Shown: one piece after another, positions 49,575 to 60,910 of the stretch
How the letters are laid out: the number at the start of each line of letters is the position of its first letter
Position numbering within the stretch: the first letter of the stretch is position 1
Assembly (NCBI GenBank): GCA_032718475.1
Contig: JAUCBJ010007620.1
Span: 156,714-220,713, forward strand
Origin: Nemertoderma westbladi
Lineage: Eukaryota; Animalia; Xenacoelomorpha
Direction: 5' to 3'
DNA: 64,000 nucleotides
Position numbers and translations under genes: made by a program
Notes under the pieces: generated by a model
What the model saw: only the letters and a program-made list of their open reading frames with translations
Database searches by the model: none
What the model was told of the DNA's origin: nothing

Positions 49575-51053
49575 GTGGGTCAACAATCGTAAGGTATCAT
49601 CCCAGTTAGGCACTACTACAGTATGTGTACCCATGATCGGGATTTTTTTTGTAGTAGCTAGTTTTTCTACATTTTTTTTAATGTTCTATGTCATATTAGC
49701 TATATAGTTTTGTAAAAAAAAATGTTCTGGATCAAATATTTTTTGTTCTAGAACATTTTTTATAAAAATTTTAATTCCTAGCCTATAGCCCTATACCTAG
49801 GCCTACAGTATAAAACACTAGCTACAATAAAAAAAACATATCTACTAATATTCTAGAATATTTTAATAATATGTTTATTTATAATAAATCACGTTTTGAA
49901 AAATTACTAGAGAGCTAGTCAATCAGCTAATGTTCTAGAACACAATATTTTTTTTGAAAAATGTTGCAATGAAGTCAGTGGTGATATTACTATGCAAAAA
50001 GTACATCATTTCAGTAATTAATATCAAAATATCAACTGCGACTGCATACGGAACTCTAGCCAATATTTTGTTCTAGAAGACATTTTTTATTTTTTATACT
50101 AGCTATTATTTACTAACCTCTTTTTATAAAAGTTATAGAACCCGTGTTACTGGTAGTAATCAATTTTGATAAATTTGTTCTAGAATATGTTCTTTTTCTA
50201 GAACTTTTTTGGAAAAAATACCATCCTACTGTCAGAGGTCAAAAGTTTGTTCTAGAAAAAATACCTCATAAAGAGGTTACATAAAGTAACATTTTTTGCC
50301 CTCACTTAATTGGTTATTTATTTACAATATAATTGTTAACGACTAAATTATTGAGATTTTTGGACTTTCTGGCTAAAACTTGTGCTCATTTCTGGTGTAT
50401 AATATGGCACAAATGTAAACAAATGCACATACTGTACATAAATGTAAACAGTTGGTAGGCCTAAAAGATCAGCAAATAAGATTCAAAATCGTGGTACAGT
50501 ATGTCAAGTATATCGAATATTTTCTTTAATAAATTATTATACAATATTTTGTCTGCGTTTTTATTAAATTTTGGTGTTTTTTTGTGTTGAATTTTGCTGT
50601 TGAATTCCATAAATTTAGTTACTGGACTCACAAGTCTAACTGTGTCATAAATTTCTAGAATATAATTACTGTTTCCATGGGAGCACTACAAAACGAAAAC
50701 TGAAATTTTTACGAATAAATCTACCCTTCTAGAATTATATCATTATGTTAAATACGTAATACCCCATTTTGAAGAATAATACATGTATTAAATTTGTTTA
50801 TCCTGAGAACGCCACTTGATTTCTTACCAGTTTGAAAAAACCTTTTCTCATTAAATCGCGGTTCAAAATATGATTGTTTAACAACTATTTATTTCGATCA
50901 ATAAAAATAACATTCATGCTGTAACTACAATATATGAATAGTGACATCTAAATATCAATTCAGACAACAGTCTTGATTGAAGGTTTACTATGGATGGAAT
51001 TGAAGATGACTTGAATTTACACTGCTCAACAAGAAGACATATACCACAAAATA

Positions 51054-51195
51054 ATGCTTATTCACTCCATGAGGCCGCCGAAACACAAGATTGTGCACTG
51101 GCTGGTCCTCACGGCGATGGCAATGTCCTGCAAAGGGGAGACGGATCCATTCAAGTGTAAAGCTAGGGGAGACCAAAGAAACACCTCCAATATTT
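51054..51195 (-). mobile_element. Short RTE LINE fragment (post-RT region)
   Basis: Near-identical to 57828-57965; encodes FAGHCHRREDQPVHNLV...PHGVNKH versus FAGHCFRREDQPVHNLVLWQPHGVNKH. Confidence 0.85.
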
Positions 51196-51590
51196 TAATA
51201 ATATTACAATACAACATACACCCTATTATAATAATGGGGGGGGGGGGAACTTCTAACTGAAATTGTTTTCATTTTTATAATATTTACTAATTTAGGTGAC
51301 TGGTCTAAATACTATACTTAGTAAGTCCTCACTCACCCTTCAAGTACACGGTATGAGGTGCAAGTATTTCGTCTACATAATGTATACCGGATATTCGCCA
51401 GTGGACCGCGATTTAATGATTATTTAATACTTAATTAAATTTAATTTAGTTCAAAACAACCAAGTAACCTACGTGTCTATGCCTTGCCATTAATTTACCA
51501 TTAATTTTGCTGACCTTATTCTTATAACTATACCTTGTGTATTACTGTATATTTTTTGTACTAATTTACAGTATTTATTTGTATCTTCAG

Positions 51591-51607
51591 GAGGGATGTT
51601 TGTCTAA
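51591..51607 (+). CDS. Candidate terminal coding exon of the ShKT gene (G-G-M-F-V-stop)
   Basis: Branch-like CTAAT at 51561 and acceptor TATTTATTTGTATCTTCAG. A phase-1 join to the ShKT exon gives GGA GGG ATG TTT GTC TAA. Very short, so support is weak. Confidence 0.35.
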
Positions 51608-51819
51608 CAGACAACAGAAATCTGCTCAACTAACAGACAGAACTTGGACGTTTCTCATTAACCTGTGTTACCATTCCTCTCTAACCGATTAATGTTTGGG
51701 TGGAGGGTTATTCAAACTGTGTATTTTGATTATTTAATACTGTAGCAGTTTTACTCTTATGGTTTGGAGTTATCTACGCTTCATTGTGTTGGTTCACGGT
51801 CCTATTGACATAAGTGACC

Positions 51820-52000
51820 ATTATTACCCTTCTGTGTATGTGGGTGTGTGTGTGTCCGTTACATCTCCGTTATTTATGAATCAATCGAAACGAATTTTGG
51901 ACAAGCGATAGATATAGGCATGACCACGGCTCATACGGAAAATTAGGTTTTGAGATGATATTTGTGCAATGCGAGCGCTATTATTAGGGCAACCAATTAC
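51820..52000. mobile_element. Possible Helentron/DINE-like non-autonomous element remnant
   Basis: TTATTACC followed by a (TG)n/GTCCGT microsatellite and ATCTCCG...GAATCAATCGAAACGAATTTTG. Resemblance only. Confidence 0.3.
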
Positions 52001-52099
52001 TGCATTAGCATTAGACAGCGGAAAATTTGAATTTTATAGAAGTAGTTGTTACCGGTCTGTTGGTCAGCCGGTAGACCAATAATATAACTGTACTACAGT

Positions 52100-53470
52100 A
52101 TTCTCACGAAATTAGGGGAGCCGGACTAGGTTGTTGGATTACATCCACATGGTTAGGAGCACTATGTTACGCTGATGACATAATTTTGTTAACCACCACT
52201 CAATCAGACATGGAGTCAATGGTTAGCATCGCGATATCGGAAGCAAACACCTTAAACTTGAAAATTGAACCCTCTAAATCCAACTGGATGCACACATCAC
52301 AAAAATCTCCCACAACTTTCATCAAAATTAATGGTGTACTGGTCCCTGAGTCAGACTCAATTAAATTTTTGGGTGTGGAAATAACCAAAAACAAGTTCAA
52401 TAATCTCTCAAGCAAATGCATCAGGGTGATATCCGCGATAGCTGGAGCTTTCCATAAAAATGGATGGTCAGTACGAAACCTGGATATCGACACCGTGGCT
52501 TACCTCTGGAGAATGGTCGCCATACCCGCCATCCTATATGGTCTTAAGTTCTACATAGGAGGGATGTCAGACACACAAATACATCATCTGGAGGTGCATT
52601 ACCGCAAACAACTTCGGGGACTACTATCCCTGGGGACGTACGTAAACAACACAACCATTTACAACCTATTTAACTCCAACTCACGTTCTAACCTGGCCCT
52701 AACTCATGCCATAGGGACTTTAATCAACATATATAAATGTCCCATTCCACCGGTTCAAACCACCCTACTTATCACCATGCAACTGAATAAACGACAAAGA
52801 TATAAAGGAGTCGGCAGTGCCTATCACCTAACCAGCAGTAGGTGTGCAATGCCGGCGCTAATGACAATGCTGACATCCAGATTTGATAAAAAAAGAATTG
52901 CTTCTCGTCTTGACATGGGAAAATTAACCTGCCTGGAGACAATTAACTTGAATTTCATTAGGAACACTTATAAGATCTCAAACATCACTTTTAATCAAAA
53001 ACACGACAGGATCATACAGTATTTCAGTAAACATAATGAACTTCTGAACGAGGACCCAAATGAAACAAACTCACCAATTTTTAATACCCAATAATGTAAA
53101 TAAAAACCTGATTTTATTACGAAATGCCCCTGTGCCTAGCACATTTTAAGATGCTGAATTGTACTTATAATATTATGGGTTTTATGTCTACAATAATTGT
53201 TAATATTGTAATTCGTCATTTTATATGATCTTATATGATTAAATATATGTAGACATTTTACTTGTTGTTGGCGCTGTGCCGCGGGGCGCCTTTTTACTCG
53301 CCAACTTGTTGTGCAAAGCAACATTTTAATCTTTCGTATTATTATGATGCTATTTAATATTAATATTAATATGTTGTGTTTAAATCTCTCTTTAACGTGC
53401 AGTACAGTGCTCATATCTAACCTTATATTTGTCGGCTTGACCGAATTAAACATATATATCTATCTATTGA
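52100..53470 (+). mobile_element. 5'-truncated LINE (RT from the YADD region to the 3' end; RTEX-like)
   Basis: Open frame from ~52102: GAGLGCWITSTWLGALCYADDIILL...IKFLGV...IPAILYG, stop at 53094. The 3' end has a small hairpin TCGG-CTTGA-CCGA, ATTAAA and an (AT)n(ATCT)n tail. Possible TSD TGTACT(A/G)CAGT at 52089-52099 and 53471-53481. Confidence 0.8.
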
Positions 53471-53999
53471 TGTACTGCAGTGCTGTTACTGCTGTGTAGT
53501 GTTCTGATATAAGTAGGGCCGTGAACCCACCAGGCTTGCCAGCTCGTTCTTGTATTTACCTGAAAATGATTAACAATTCGATACGCGTTGTAATATTATG
53601 GTGTTAGACGTGTTACAATAAATATATATTCACATCAAACATCCGGTAATCATATAATATAAATGGTACGTAACTTGGTATGTATAGTATAATGAAATAG
53701 ACAACGATCACAGTCACAAATTAGGCGAGATTTTTTTATGGTTACATGATTCTCCATAGTTCCAAGTCCAGTGTCTCTTTCAATAAAAATATAATGCCTT
53801 GTTGTGGGGTGGAATGACTATCTATGTGAATTAAATATTACATAATGTACTAGAATACTATGATAAAGCTCTCCGTAGCGAAAAATATCATCCGACCCTA
53901 ATTGGGTTCAAACCCGGTACCTAGGTTTCAAACTTCCGGTTATCGCCAGCCGGGTGTGTGCCACATGACCCTATGGTGGATCATGTGCTTCAGAGTATG

Positions 54000-54970
54000 T
54001 ATGGGTGCTGGGCCCCATCCCCATATCTGACTCAACTCCGACACCCTCACTGTGGAATGAAAAATCAGGGTGTGGTATTTGCACCGAGAGTTTACTCGGC
54101 AAAAAAGCACCCCCAATCCCCACTATGGATTACATTAATAATGCGGAGGTCTGGCAACAAGAGACCATTGGAATTACCGGACACAATTGGCCTCACAAGC
54201 GTCAGTTATCACCTGATTGGCTGCACGTCTTAACCCCTACTGGACAGAGAGCGGCCAACAGTTCTGTGAGTCCCTTTCCTGATGACCTTTCTGGACGAAA
54301 CCCTGTGTCACCAGGGATGCCAGATTGCGAGGGTGGTGGAGGGATTCTGGAGTTGGAGGTTAGCTACTCTTATGTTCCACCCCGACCAACCAAATTACTA
54401 GACTAGCCACTGAATTAAAACCCCAACACAGACTCGGACTCGGGTCCCCAATGCGACAAGGCGAGCTGGCTGCCGTGGTAGATAAGCTTTCCATTGGCGC
54501 AGTGGGTATTCAGAGCACCGAATGCGTACTACTGGACAGACTGATGAGGTTCTGATTACGGAAATTGGTGCCGGTTGGCGACTCGCCCCCGCATCAGCAG
54601 ATGATAGTGGCAATGGTGGAATTGGTCTTTTGATGAATCCAACATGCAGCATTGTATAAAATAGGCCAAATATCCAACCTCATCATCGGAAGACTGGCTA
54701 AGAAGTTTCATAAGGTGGTTTTGCTTGTGTGCAATTCTTCTCCAACTAGTGTTGCCAGAGAAGAGGAGGTGTAATATTTCTACCACATTCTACTAGCTGC
54801 TACTGATGGAGTGTATCAGCATGCATTCTTAATTTTCCTGGGTGACTTTAACGCAAGTCCACATCAATCATCTACAGTCCTTGGTCTATAACAATGTTGT
54901 TAACCGAAATTCCGTCCATCGTAGGATTTCATCTCTGGAAATGGTGGATCCTAACCACGATAGGGTTCCT
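54000..54970 (+). pseudogene. Degenerate 5' part of an RTE LINE (probable 5' UTR plus APE endonuclease)
   Basis: ELAAVVDKLSIGAVGIQ/EHR (frameshift) from 54463, then SADDSGNGGIGLLMNP, VCNSSPTS and QHAFLIFLGDFNA (~54820-54856), with stops and frameshifts. The 5' boundary is uncertain. Confidence 0.75.
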
Positions 54971-55060
54971 TTACTGATCAGCATGGTATGCGTGCTTGCG
55001 CTTTCTGGCGATAGGTTTAGCATAGCCAGGTCTATGGCAGCTCCATCAATGGTTATACAG

Positions 55061-55310
55061 TAATAATAAATAATAATAATGCATAAATGATTTGCATGGC
55101 GCCGCTTAATATCCTGATCAGAGGCGCTTAAAACTATATGAAAATGAAAACTTAAGTCACAATAAAATTACTATGTTTAAAATAATATTAAAAGTAAAGT
55201 TATCCTATACGCAATCGTCGTAGTTACGAGTAAAAATATAGGTTTTCAGCTCCTTCTTAAATGAGTCCACCGATATCGCCTCTTTTATATGTTTGCAATG
55301 TTGTCTTGGA
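55061..55310 (-). mobile_element. 3' end of an L2/CR1-group LINE
   Basis: Minus strand reads HIKEAISVDSFKKELKTYIF (L2-type C-terminus), then an AAGCGCCTCTGATCAGGATATTAAGCGGCGCC stem-loop and a (TAT)n tail. Confidence 0.7.
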
Positions 55311-55440
55311 CTCAATTCTAGTTGAGACTTTGAGCCAATATGGAGAGATTTCAACACTGTCGTTATGTGTACTCGATCGCGTTTTTTTGATACCCATTAA
55401 CAAAGGAGTGGCTGAGTTCTGAACTGGTTGGTGCAATCAT

Positions 55441-55640
55441 CGCCCGCGGCCAACCTTCGCCCGCGGCCAACCTTCGCCCGCGGCCAACGAGCAGGTTACA
55501 GACATGATAGATACAGAGACGATTTTATTTAACCAAAACAAAAAACGAGATTGTTAACACTCATTTTGAGAGCGAAGATTTCTCCGGGCGAAGATTGCTC
55601 CGGCGAAAATGCTCGCTGGCGAAGTTTGCTCCGTCGCTCT
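55441..55640. repeat. GC-rich subterminal-type repeats in inverted orientation (probable small DNA element)
   Basis: About 3 copies of the 17-mer CGCCCGCGGCCAACCTT (55441-55488) and about 4 copies of a GGCGAAGATTGCTCC-like unit (55570-55635). The TTCGCCC and GGGCGAA cores are reverse complements. Confidence 0.5.
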
Positions 55641-55936
55641 GACTCTCTGAAGTTTTGAATAAGGTTCTTAGGGAGACCAATCAATAATACAAATGAATGG
55701 ATCAGCGATTCCAGACTACGTTTATCGAAGCAGTGGTTCCCATTTACTAAACGGCGCAGGTTGTCCTTGTCGAATTATTATCTGCTTGTCCAATTTCATA
55801 TGTGAATCGAAAGCCGAACCAATACTTTCTGTGATATTCTTAAAAACCAAAAGTTCACAGCCAACTGATAGTGGTATAATTGGAATGCTTCTGTATGAAG
55901 AGTGATTGAAACAATATTATTTCAATTTTGTCTTGA

Positions 55937-56330
55937 TTAATTTTGAGCAAGTGTGACCGCGTTTTTTGATAACTCTTCAATTATCCTTCTAAGTGCCAAA
56001 ATGGGCTCCATGGTCCCACGACCTTTACGGAACCCATTCTGATTTCCACGGAGCAGTCTCTCAATGGGATCCTTGATGCGAATTAATAGAATTATATTGT
56101 ATAGCTTTGCAGCAATCGAGATCAATGATATTCCCCGAAAAGAACCATAGAGTGTTAGGTTGCCCTTCTTGGGAACTGGCACCAACTTATTTGTTTTCAT
56201 TTCTTGTGGGACTCTTGCTGTTCGGTACATGTCTACTATGATGGGATAGATGAGCTTTAAACACTCAGGTATTTTAAAGACCTCAGGGGGAACACCATCT
56301 ACTCCACTGGCACGATTGGTCTTATTGGAG
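55937..56330 (-). pseudogene. RTE LINE fragment, N-terminal RT
   Basis: ASGVDGVPPEVFK, then LVPVPKKGNL...FRGISLISIAAKLYN...NQNGFRKGRGTMEPILALRRIIE. Confidence 0.88.
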
Positions 56331-56429
56331 TTGGTTTACATGAACAACCTAACAATGACTGAGATTGTATTGAAAATCTACATAATAATATTATTGTAGT
56401 TCGGACAACCATTTATTCGGGGTTATAAC

Positions 56430-57100
56430 TATTTATTGTACGGTAAATACAATATTCTTTATTCACAGTTCGTCCCGAGATCTGTTATTTACCGACCGAG
56501 CGCAGCGAGGGAGGTAAATAAGTCAGATCGAGGGGCAAAAAGGTAAATAACGTGTTTTATTTATCGTACAATATGTAATTTTATTGTTAAAATCATCCTT
56601 ATTATTATAATCATTAAAATATTTATTGTTTAATAAGTAATTTAACATTGTACCAGTTGCACCACGTACCGGAGTTATTCTTCGCCCCCTATGTGATTTT
56701 TTGATACCAAGGGAAAGGTGTTGTTACAAGGATTCCAAATTTGTAAATACCTGTTAATGTCATTGAGAATAGCTGAGATATGGGCGTTCAAAAAGTGCAG
56801 CTATTGGCTTCCGTTACAGCCTGCAGGACATGCCATTTATTATATTTAATAAATACACAATATTCTGGAACAAAATTATTAATTTGAAGATTATTATTAA
56901 TTACTTTATGTCATTTTACTAGACGTAACTACTCATTAAATAAATAAAATGCCACAGAATACTTTTTATTACAAAGTTTACTGATTGAAGAGCAATAATC
57001 CCCCCTTACGTAGGTGAATAATGCAAATTTTATTTACCGCTGGCCAATTGACTGAGCGGAAAATAATGTAAATTTTAACAATAAAAATTATTATTACAAT
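56430..57100. mobile_element. Possible Crypton-like non-autonomous element
   Basis: Inverted TATTGTACG(G/A)TAAATA pair (~56433, ~56560), CCGAGCGCAGCGAGG core, and inverted TTTATTGTTAAAAT pair (~56580, ~57072). Family assignment is by resemblance only. Confidence 0.3.
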
Positions 57101-57648
57101 TTAATGCATACCCATATACTTTGCGATGTCTGTATTAGATTATAGTGTCTGTCTATGTACGCACAGTAGTGTAGGCGGTAGATGAAAGGTAATAACATTT
57201 TATTTCCCATGCTACATGTACGCTTATACGTAGACCAACCATTCTTTACAAAATATATGAGTTGTGGGGGTCGAATGAATAAGGAACGGGGGGGGGGGGG
57301 GGGGGTGACCTACAATGAGTTATAGCAGGTCATGGGGGAACTAATTTGATTGTTTAATCTTTCATTTATGTAGAGAAAGCGAATTAATCGTATGTTTCAT
57401 TATATTTACTGACACAGAAAACCTTAATAGCCGTAAAAACATGCTACATAGGCCTACTGTTATGTAATTGCGTTTTCAAACAACATGCATTTTCAAAAAC
57501 AGTTTATTAGTTCCTAATGAGTTGAATATCTGTTAATTACTTCCGAAATCGAAGACCGTTATATAATGAAAATGTATGTGGGTCAGAAATAATCCATAGG
57601 TACTCCGTGTAAGAAAATATACCGGTACTGGGTGGCGGGTTAACCGGC

Positions 57649-58740
57649 TACTACTACTAGGATCGGCATGCTGCATTGCAGCTGCATTTTTAAGAATGCT
57701 GTGCCGGCTTGTCAACAAAATTGCACCGCCACAACTCCCTATCACCCATGACATTTGCTAGATCATCCGCATCTTTAAGGCCAGTGTCCTTTAAGATGCG
57801 TCTCAAGAAAGTCATGGGCTGTCCACCATGCTTATTCACTCCATGAGGCTGCCAAAGTACAAGATTATGCACTGGCTGGTCCTCACGGCGAAAGCAATGT
57901 CCTGCAAAGCGGAGGCGATTTTGTTCTAGTGTCAAGCTTGGGGGAACCAATGAGACACCTCCAATGTTATATAGTGTCTGGTTGGAGATGTGTGCATTGT
58001 ACTTGACACAATGTACCCGGCGTAGCATTCTTGTGAATGTGCCATCCAGAGATTTGGTGTCCTCAGCAGTTAGAGCCCAGCATGGACTCCCGTAGAGGAG
58101 TACTGGAACTACTGCTACTCTAAATAATCGGACCTTAAGTTTCCGATTAGTTCTAGGTGACTTCCAAATCCTGGAAAGCCTATTCAAGGCTGCCCATGCC
58201 TTTCCCTTACGTATTCGAAGGTCCTCACCTGACTTCCGGATCCATGATCCCATGTAACAGAAGTCGTCCACATGCTCAAGCATACCATCCTTTGAGCTTA
58301 TGCTCATCCGATCAGAGACTTGCTGAGGACTTTCAAAGTTAACTGTCAGAATTTTGGTCTTTCTGGAGTTAATAAAAAGACCAACACTAGAAGCAGCATA
58401 TTCTAATGAGCTGAGGAGCCGTTGGGCTCCCTCTAATGATTCTGAGAGTACTCCTAAGTCATCAGCAAAGTCTAGATCAGTTAGGTACTTGGCAGGATTT
58501 CCTCGACTTCTGGAGCCAGTAGGTGGAGTTATCATCACCCCATCATCATTATGATGATCTAAGGACATGCGTAGAACATAGTCAACCACAATAATGAACA
58601 AGAATGGTGCAAGTGTGTCTCCTTGGAGGACGCCCCATAACACTTCAAATGGTTCTGTGTCACCGTCAACAGTAGACACAAATGTTGTCGAACCATCGTA
58701 TACTGATCTGATTGCTGCAATAATTTCATCGGCTGGTACC
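57649..58740 (-). mobile_element. 5'-truncated RTE LINE with intact RT C-terminal reading frame
   Basis: ORF 57690-58679 (frame open to ~58740): GVLQGDTLAPFLF, LDFADD, FCYMGSWI, VPVLLYG, LRFAGHC. Very short 3' UTR ending in a (TAG)n tail at 57649-57660. Confidence 0.92.
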
Positions 58741-58879
58741 GGTTTGATATATTTACTGTATATGAATCAAACCACTGGAGCACAGTACCGCGTACACCAA
58801 AGGAAGACTCATCTGGAAGTCATCCTGATGACAAAGTCCAGATAACAAAGTCATCTGGAAGAATCTGCAAGAGTTTCTT

Positions 58880-59530
58880 ATGCTCAATAGTGTCGAACAC
58901 AGAGCTCAAACGCGTAAAATGCACTTTCGTTCATCTACCCCGCACAAAATATCGTTATGAAGCTTGATGAGAGCCGTCTCTGTACTGCACCAAAGACGAT
59001 AGGCACACTGCATTATTCCTTCCAGCCAGCTGTTTGTACTGTATGTACCCAAGTGGCGAATCATCTGTTCTGCAGCGACCTTTTCAATAACCTTTGACAA
59101 ATTTATGTTTGAAACAGGTCTGAAGTTTTTAACACTTCAGAATCAAGTGATAGCTTCTTTAACAGAGCAGTTAATATTGCCTCCTTCAAAGATTAAGGAA
59201 ATTTACCCAAGGCAAAATACAAGTTAGTGATTAATACAAATATTGGTAAATGGACTAATAAGCAGTTCTTGATAATAAAAGTTGGAGCTGGATCTGAAGG
59301 CCCGAATTTATTACATCATGCATATGATCGGCATCTACACTCTACAGTATGGAAACTAGTGAAAAGACACTCATCCGAATCAACATATTCATCATTGAAT
59401 TAAATCATCCCTCTCCAACATCGATGACAACCATTGTATCTCTAATCTTCTTATTTTCCATCGAAAAACATTACCGGTAGCTATGTCCTAGCATCAGAAT
59501 CATGACAAGGAATGGAGTTCTTTACATTCC
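58880..59530 (-). pseudogene. L2/CR1-group LINE RT fragment
   Basis: DPAPTFIIK, FRPVSNINLSKVIEKV and QCAYRLWCSTETALIKLHNDILCGVD; degenerate. Confidence 0.82.
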
Positions 59531-59664
59531 GATGAAGAACTTTTCGGTTATGGCCTACAGGGGGAGATTACAATGACATCCGGCGCCATAGGTTGACTGG
59601 AGTGCACTCCGAGGGGGTGGGGGGTGTGGGGTGGGGGATTACGGATCGAGATCGTAGGTACTTA

Positions 59665-59780
59665 TGTTCATAATATAGCAATCCAATGCCATCAGTGATT
59701 ACTTCTGGTATTCCATAAGCTCTTATGATTTCCAAGATTTCACCTATGTGGATGAAATTAAATGCTTCCTTGAAGACCAC
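59665..59780 (-). pseudogene. RTE LINE fragment (RT domain 3 region)
   Basis: FKEAFNFIHIGEILEIIRAYGIPEVITDGIGLLY resembles the RTE F.KAFDSIHR..M..IL.AYGIP motif. Confidence 0.75.
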
Positions 59781-60636
59781 AAGGGTCTGAACTGAATGTA
59801 AACTCTTTGATTCAATTCGTACAACCAATCTCCGTAAATTACCTCGAATATTGTTGATCAGCGCTCGTGCTCTCCATATCCCTTCAATGAATTCATCTAC
59901 TCGCTTTATGATTGGACATTCTTCTAAATGCTTCTCTAGAGTTCAGCAGTTGATTATTTTTCTTGTTGGGCTGACCTCGATGTTTAGTTGCTGCTCAAGC
60001 AAGTGCTTGGGCCTATAATATGCCGCTAGTTCACATTTACTATTGAGGCGAATGCGTTATTGTTTTTCCACATGTTTTTATTCATCAAATATTATTCGGG
60101 AATTAATATAATAATATTGTTTGAAGACGCCGAACTCGAGACAGACTAGACGATAATAGTAATCCAGTATCGGATTATTTAAGTCCAACAAGATATACAT
60201 ACATACAGCAGATTATGTAGAATATACTGTAGCACTGTAGGATTATTATTTTAAAACTTACTTTTGTTTGAATAATGACTTTCTGCATTCAAAGTTCATT
60301 TTTTCTTATAAAATGTTTTGGACATTTGTGCAAATATTGTCGGAGAGATAGGTGAAATATAGTCGGTATATTCTTATAATATTTGTAGGCTTATTCATAT
60401 TTACGTGGGAGCGGGAATACATGTTCACTCACATCATAGGTTAGTTTTACAATGCATCTACACTTACTGACAATATCGGGGGCGGTTGATCCACTGTCGG
60501 GCGAGACACATATAGTCTGTAAGCCTTTAGCATAGCATACAGAATTTTACATGCCATATCGGTATTGGTTGTCTGAAAGCAAGACAATTTAGTATAATTA
60601 TGGTATTATTGTTGTTTCATTTATTTCTCCACCAAC

Positions 60637-60910
60637 CAGCCGGTGGTGGAGTGGTCACTCAAGTTGCTTCTAGCTGGGGGGTCCCCGGTTCGATCCCATG
60701 CCACGAAATTTACCTTTTCGTACGCCTACCCAACAATATTGGAACCCGGTTTCTGCTGGGGGAGTAAGAAGTTAAGAAATGTAAACGTTGGGAGTTAATG
60801 TGGCTCTCACCCACCCTCTTTAACTCTTAACAGCCAACAAAGAGAGAAGCCTTCGGGTTGCCACTAAATATCTCGAGTCTCAGTTTCACTGATAACTTCA
60901 CTTTACTTTA
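60637..60910 (+). mobile_element. tRNA-derived SINE
   Basis: A box TGGTGGAGTGG (60644-60654), B box GGTTCGATCCC (60687-60697), ~200-nt body and an (ACTTT)n-like tail at ~60896-60910. Confidence 0.8.

Noticed and set aside
49640-50270. AT-rich stretch with many TTCTAGAA palindromes
   Set aside because: Could be a decayed repeat, but I could not define a unit, termini or TSD.
54541-54570. CTGATGAG...GAAA hammerhead-like motif
   Set aside because: It lies in the RTE endonuclease coding remnant (ACT GAT GAG = TDE) and lacks the flanking stems.
57288-57305. 18-nt poly-G run (G-quadruplex potential)
   Set aside because: Isolated homopolymer with no supporting context; length is unreliable.
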